A DNA stretch of 9,184 nt, taken from a virus. Its lineage: Duplodnaviria > Heunggongvirae > Uroviricota > Caudoviricetes. The position numbers were made by a program, and so were the translations under genes. The stretch lies in IMG/VR virus record IMGVR_UViG_2695420589_000017. One strand, written 5' to 3'. Shown piece by piece: positions 6,332-9,184 of this stretch. The notes beneath the pieces were generated by a model. The model was not told the DNA's origin. It saw nothing but the letters and a program-made list of their open reading frames with translations, and did no database searches. Position 1 is the stretch's first letter, and every line of letters begins with the position of its first letter.

Positions 6332-6361
6332 AAAAATCAGAAAACACATAATCTGATTTTT
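6332..6361. promoter_or_regulatory. Perfect 10-bp inverted repeat AAAAATCAGA-N10-TCTGATTTTT upstream of the morphogenesis operon; candidate operator or activator site
   Basis: Arms at 6332-6341 and 6352-6361 are exact reverse complements. AT-rich stem makes it a poor intrinsic terminator, so a protein-binding site is more likely. Confidence 0.3.
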
Positions 6362-6434
6362 AGATAGAAAATGATTTATTTACCAGTTTTATCGATCAAT
6401 AATGATGCCCGTTAATCATAACGGAGGCAGACTT

Positions 6435-6629
6435 ATGCCAGAGAACAACAGCAGAAAACCGGATAAAAGTGCAACAGTGCACATAGACGCCGGAACTATG
6501 GAGAAGCTCGAACGCTATCAGCAGTTCATTAAAAGTCATCACCCTGGAATGCCAGTACCCACGAAAGGGCAGATTGCGAGAAGCGCGGTTGAATACTGGT
6601 ACAGGGCAACGTTAGGAGCCTGGCTATGA
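6435..6629 (+). CDS. Hypothetical small protein, 64 aa, first gene of the head operon
   Basis: ATG 6435 with GGAGG at 6423-6427 (7-nt spacing); alternative in-frame ATGs at 6402 and 6405. Stop overlaps the ATG of the protease-capsid gene (ATGA). Product MPENNSRKPDKSATVHIDAGTMEKLERYQQFIKSHHPG...; function unknown. Confidence 0.5.
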   Translation: MPENNSRKPDKSATVHIDAGTMEKLERYQQFIKSHHPGMPVPTKGQIARSAVEYWYRATLGAWL

Positions 6630-8506
6630 AAACATGGTTTTCCATTAAGGCTATGGCTGATGTTGTACATGTACGCATTTATGACGAGATCGGCGGGTAC
6701 GGTGTAAAAGCATCGGCACTTACTGACGAGATCAACGCGTGCGGTAATGTGCCTGAAATCCATCTTCGCATCCATTCACCTGGTGGCGACATCTTTGAAG
6801 GGCTGGCTATCTATAACGCCCTGAAAAATCATCCGGCAAAGAAAATTGTACACATTGAAGGCATGGCGGCTTCTATGGCCTCGTTTATTGCCATGTGTGG
6901 CGATCACATCGTTATGCCTGAAAACGCGATGATGATGATACATGCCCCCCGTGGTGTTACTGCCGGAGTGTCGGGCGACGTTCGCCGCTTTGCTGACCTG
7001 ATGGACAAGCTGGGCGACACGATGGCGGAAACCTACGCCGGAAGAACGGGCAGGAGCAAACAGGAAATCACCGCCATGATGGAGGCGGAAACCTGGATGG
7101 ATGGCAATGAGTGTAAGGCTAATGGCTTCGCAGATGAGGTTATACCCGCGATTACAGCAATGGCCAGAATTGAATCAAAACGAATCGGAGATTTTTCGAA
7201 TATGCCGGAAAATATTAAAAGCATGATCAGCCAGAAAACTGGCAGCGGAGAACAGGAACGACTCAACGGGATACGTGAATTGTTTGGCACGTTCAATGGA
7301 AGATATAACGACCTGGCTATAAGTTGTCTTGCTGATTCAGGCTGTAGCGTTGAGGATGCACGCGAACGCCTTTTACTCACTATGGGTAAAGAATCGACAC
7401 CGACAAACAAAACCACCCCCGCAAATCTTTACTACGCGTACACGGATAACGGCAACATAACCGGCGATGCAATGCGTCAGGGGCTTAATGCGCGTCTGGG
7501 ACATGAACAGGCAGAACGCGGCAACCCTTACGCCATGATGAGCCTTTTCGATATGGCACAGGCATCATTAACCCATCGCGGCATAAGCACAGGCAGCTAC
7601 AGCACACGCTCGCAGATAGTAAACGCGGCATTCACCCACAGCAGCAGCGATTTTACTTATATCCTTGCTGGTGGTGCTGAAAAATCCGTGCTTGCCGGAT
7701 GGGAACACAGCGGCGAAACGTTCCGCCAGTGGACGAAAAAAGGTTCATTGTCAAACTTCCATGAGGCACGTCGTGTTGGCCTGAATGGCTTCTCTACATT
7801 AAACAAAGTGCCGGAAGGCGCGGAATATAAATACATCACCACCAGTGACCGTGGCGAACCAATCGCGCTGGCAACTTACGGAAATATTTTCAGCATTACC
7901 CGACAGGCGATTATTAACGATGACCTGAATCAGTTAACAGTTATCCCACAGGCAATGGGGCGAGCAGCCGCCAGAACGGTGGGTAATCTGGTTCATCTGG
8001 TGCTGACAGGAAACACAAAGCTTTCTGACGGTATACCGCTGTTCAGCAAAAAACACGGAAATGATATTGATAACGGAGTCAGCACTACAGGGCTTGGCAT
8101 TGCACGCCGTGCAATGCGCACACAGAGGGATGAAAACGGTGAGGTGCTGAATATTGTGCCAAAATTCCTTCTTGTTCCTGCGGCTCTGGAAGACAGAGCG
8201 TTGCAAATGGTTAACTCAACCACGCCTTTCGGTGCCGATACAAACAGTGGTTCATATAACCCGTACCACAAACAACTGGATATTATTGTCGATCCCCGCC
8301 TTGATGAAGTCAGTGATAAGCAATGGTACATGCTTTCAGCACAGGGAACGGACACAATTGAGGTGGCTTATCTTGACGGTAATGACGAGCCTTACCTTGA
8401 GCAGCAGGAGGGCTTTATTGTTGACGGTGTGGCCTGGAAGGTCCGCATTGATGCTGGCGTTGCTGCTCTGGATTATCGCGGAATGGTCAGAGCGATTTCT
8501 TCATGA
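6626..8506 (+). CDS. Prohead (ClpP-like, S14-type) protease fused to major capsid protein, 626 aa
   Basis: Single uninterrupted frame; AGGAG 7 nt upstream of ATG 6626. N-terminal ~190 aa carry ClpP-like protease signatures (IHSPGGDIFEGLAIYNAL; GMAASMASFIA serine context; MMMIHAP histidine context). The C-terminal ~350 aa are of major-capsid size; the capsid assignment rests on size, position and my recollection of protease/major capsid fusion proteins in enterobacterial prophages, not on alignment. Strong terminator follows. Confidence 0.8.
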   Translation: MKTWFSIKAMADVVHVRIYDEIGGYGVKASALTDEINACGNVPEIHLRIHSPGGDIFEGLAIYNALKNHPAKKIVHIEGMAASMASFIAMCGDHIVMPENAMMMIHAPRGVTAGVSGDVRRFADLMDKLGDTMAETYAGRTGRSKQEITAMMEAETWMDGNECKANGFADEVIPAITAMARIESKRIGDFSNMPENIKSMISQKTGSGEQERLNGIRELFGTFNGRYNDLAISCLADSGCSVEDARERLLLTMGKESTPTNKTTPANLYYAYTDNGNITGDAMRQGLNARLGHEQAERGNPYAMMSLFDMAQASLTHRGISTGSYSTRSQIVNAAFTHSSSDFTYILAGGAEKSVLAGWEHSGETFRQWTKKGSLSNFHEARRVGLNGFSTLNKVPEGAEYKYITTSDRGEPIALATYGNIFSITRQAIINDDLNQLTVIPQAMGRAAARTVGNLVHLVLTGNTKLSDGIPLFSKKHGNDIDNGVSTTGLGIARRAMRTQRDENGEVLNIVPKFLLVPAALEDRALQMVNSTTPFGADTNSGSYNPYHKQLDIIVDPRLDEVSDKQWYMLSAQGTDTIEVAYLDGNDEPYLEQQEGFIVDGVAWKVRIDAGVAALDYRGMVRAISS

Positions 8507-8510
8507 GAAC

Positions 8511-8535
8511 AAGGCGGCAGCAGCCGCCTTTTTTG
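8511..8535 (+). terminator. Rho-independent terminator after the capsid gene
   Basis: Stem GGCGGC / GCCGCC (8513-8518 / 8523-8528) with loop AGCA, flanked by AA and T-run TTTTTT (8529-8534). Confidence 0.7.
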
Positions 8536-8588
8536 CGGGTCCTCCTGGTGGGGGGGGCCTGTCCACGGGGCGGGTCGGCGCGGAAAAA

Positions 8589-8783
8589 AACGCATTTTTG
8601 TGGTTTTATCGTCATCATCATCATGTGTGTAACCTGTTGTTTTTANNNNNNNNNNNNNNNNNNNNNNNNNNNNNNNNNNNNNNNNNNNNNNNNNNNNNNN
8701 NNNNNNNNNNNNNNNNNNNNNNNNNNAACGCATTTTTGTGGTTTTATCGTCATCATCATCATGTGTGTAACCTGTTGTTTTTA
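8589..8783. repeat. Two identical 57-nt direct repeats (8589-8645 and 8727-8783) flanking an 81-nt N run
   Basis: AACGCATTTTTGTGGTTTTATCGTCATCATCATCATGTGTGTAACCTGTTGTTTTTA occurs identically on both sides of the N run; it contains a (CAT)4 tract. Confidence 0.9.
8646..8726. other. Run of 81 N (unresolved or masked sequence)
   Basis: Directly visible. Confidence 1.
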
Positions 8784-8902
8784 ATGTGGTTGATGCAAAA
8801 AAGATGATGATTGTGGTTAATTTTTGTTCGACATCTTTTAGCGTGACAGATTCTTTACAAAAAATCTGAGCTTGTTTTCTTAACCAGCGCGATGGGGGCA
8901 CA

Positions 8903-9184
8903 ATGACAGAAGCCGAAATACTGGGATTAATCCGCCGCGTCGCCGGAATCAGCCAGCAGGTTGACGAACAGGCCATGCAACCGGACAGCGTGACCGCTGA
9001 AAATTATGCGCGTGTGGTGGATGAGGTAATGCGCCGTGACGGTATTGAGCTTAACGGCGTGGATATGCGCAACATACGAACCAGAGTTCTTGAGTTGCTG
9101 GCATACCGTCGCCGTTCTCAACAACGGAGGGAGAGCGCGAAAAATACTTACCAGTGGAGGAAGCCGGAGCACTTACGGCGGTAA
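8903..9184 (+). CDS. Hypothetical protein, 93 aa
   Basis: ATG 8903 preceded by GGGGG (4-nt spacing); stop TAA at 9182-9184 at the window end. Arg-rich C-terminus. Separate transcription unit after the capsid terminator. No motif recognised. Confidence 0.5.
   Translation: MTEAEILGLIRRVAGISQQVDEQAMQPDSVTAENYARVVDEVMRRDGIELNGVDMRNIRTRVLELLAYRRRSQQRRESAKNTYQWRKPEHLRR

Noticed and set aside
7033-8355. Minus-strand ORFs inside the protease-capsid gene (7033-7416, 7657-7842, 7934-8206, 7993-8355)
   Set aside because: Antisense to a long, well-supported coding frame; no start context.
8154-8976. ORFs spanning the second N run (8154-8807 plus, 8473-8976 minus, 8503-8784 plus)
   Set aside because: Artefacts of N translation; they also overlap the capsid gene 3' end and terminator.
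1-9184. Known defence or toxin systems (restriction-modification, retron reverse transcriptase, Abi, CBASS-like enzymes), tRNA genes, att core repeats
   Set aside because: No ORF in the window shows the size or motifs of these enzymes, and no tRNA-like sequence or element-flanking direct repeat was seen. The P4-type defence hotspot, if present, would lie outside this window.

Overview
This window reads as an internal slice of a P4-like integrative phage satellite (PICI-like element) from an enterobacterial genome. Left to right: the 3' part of a P4-type tyrosine integrase; a long AT-rich intergenic region; an AlpA-family regulator; a small divergently transcribed minus-strand module with a putative ribbon-helix-helix regulator; a divergent promoter carrying a perfect 12-bp palindromic operator; a tightly coupled early operon (Icd/Kil-like protein, two unknown small proteins, an alpha-like SF3 helicase/replication protein); an iteron origin built from CTGTTCACC repeats; a small unknown gene and an SSB-like gene. 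After a 295-nt N gap comes a morphogenesis unit with a small unknown gene and a 626-aa ClpP-like prohead protease fused to a major capsid protein, then a GC-rich terminator region, a second N gap with identical 57-nt flanks, and a 93-aa orphan gene. The most interesting point is that a P4-type replication and regulation backbone is joined to its own head module, which fits a capsid-forming satellite; the unknown small genes and the operator are the best candidates for new biology. All functional calls come from reading motifs by eye; no alignment or search was run.
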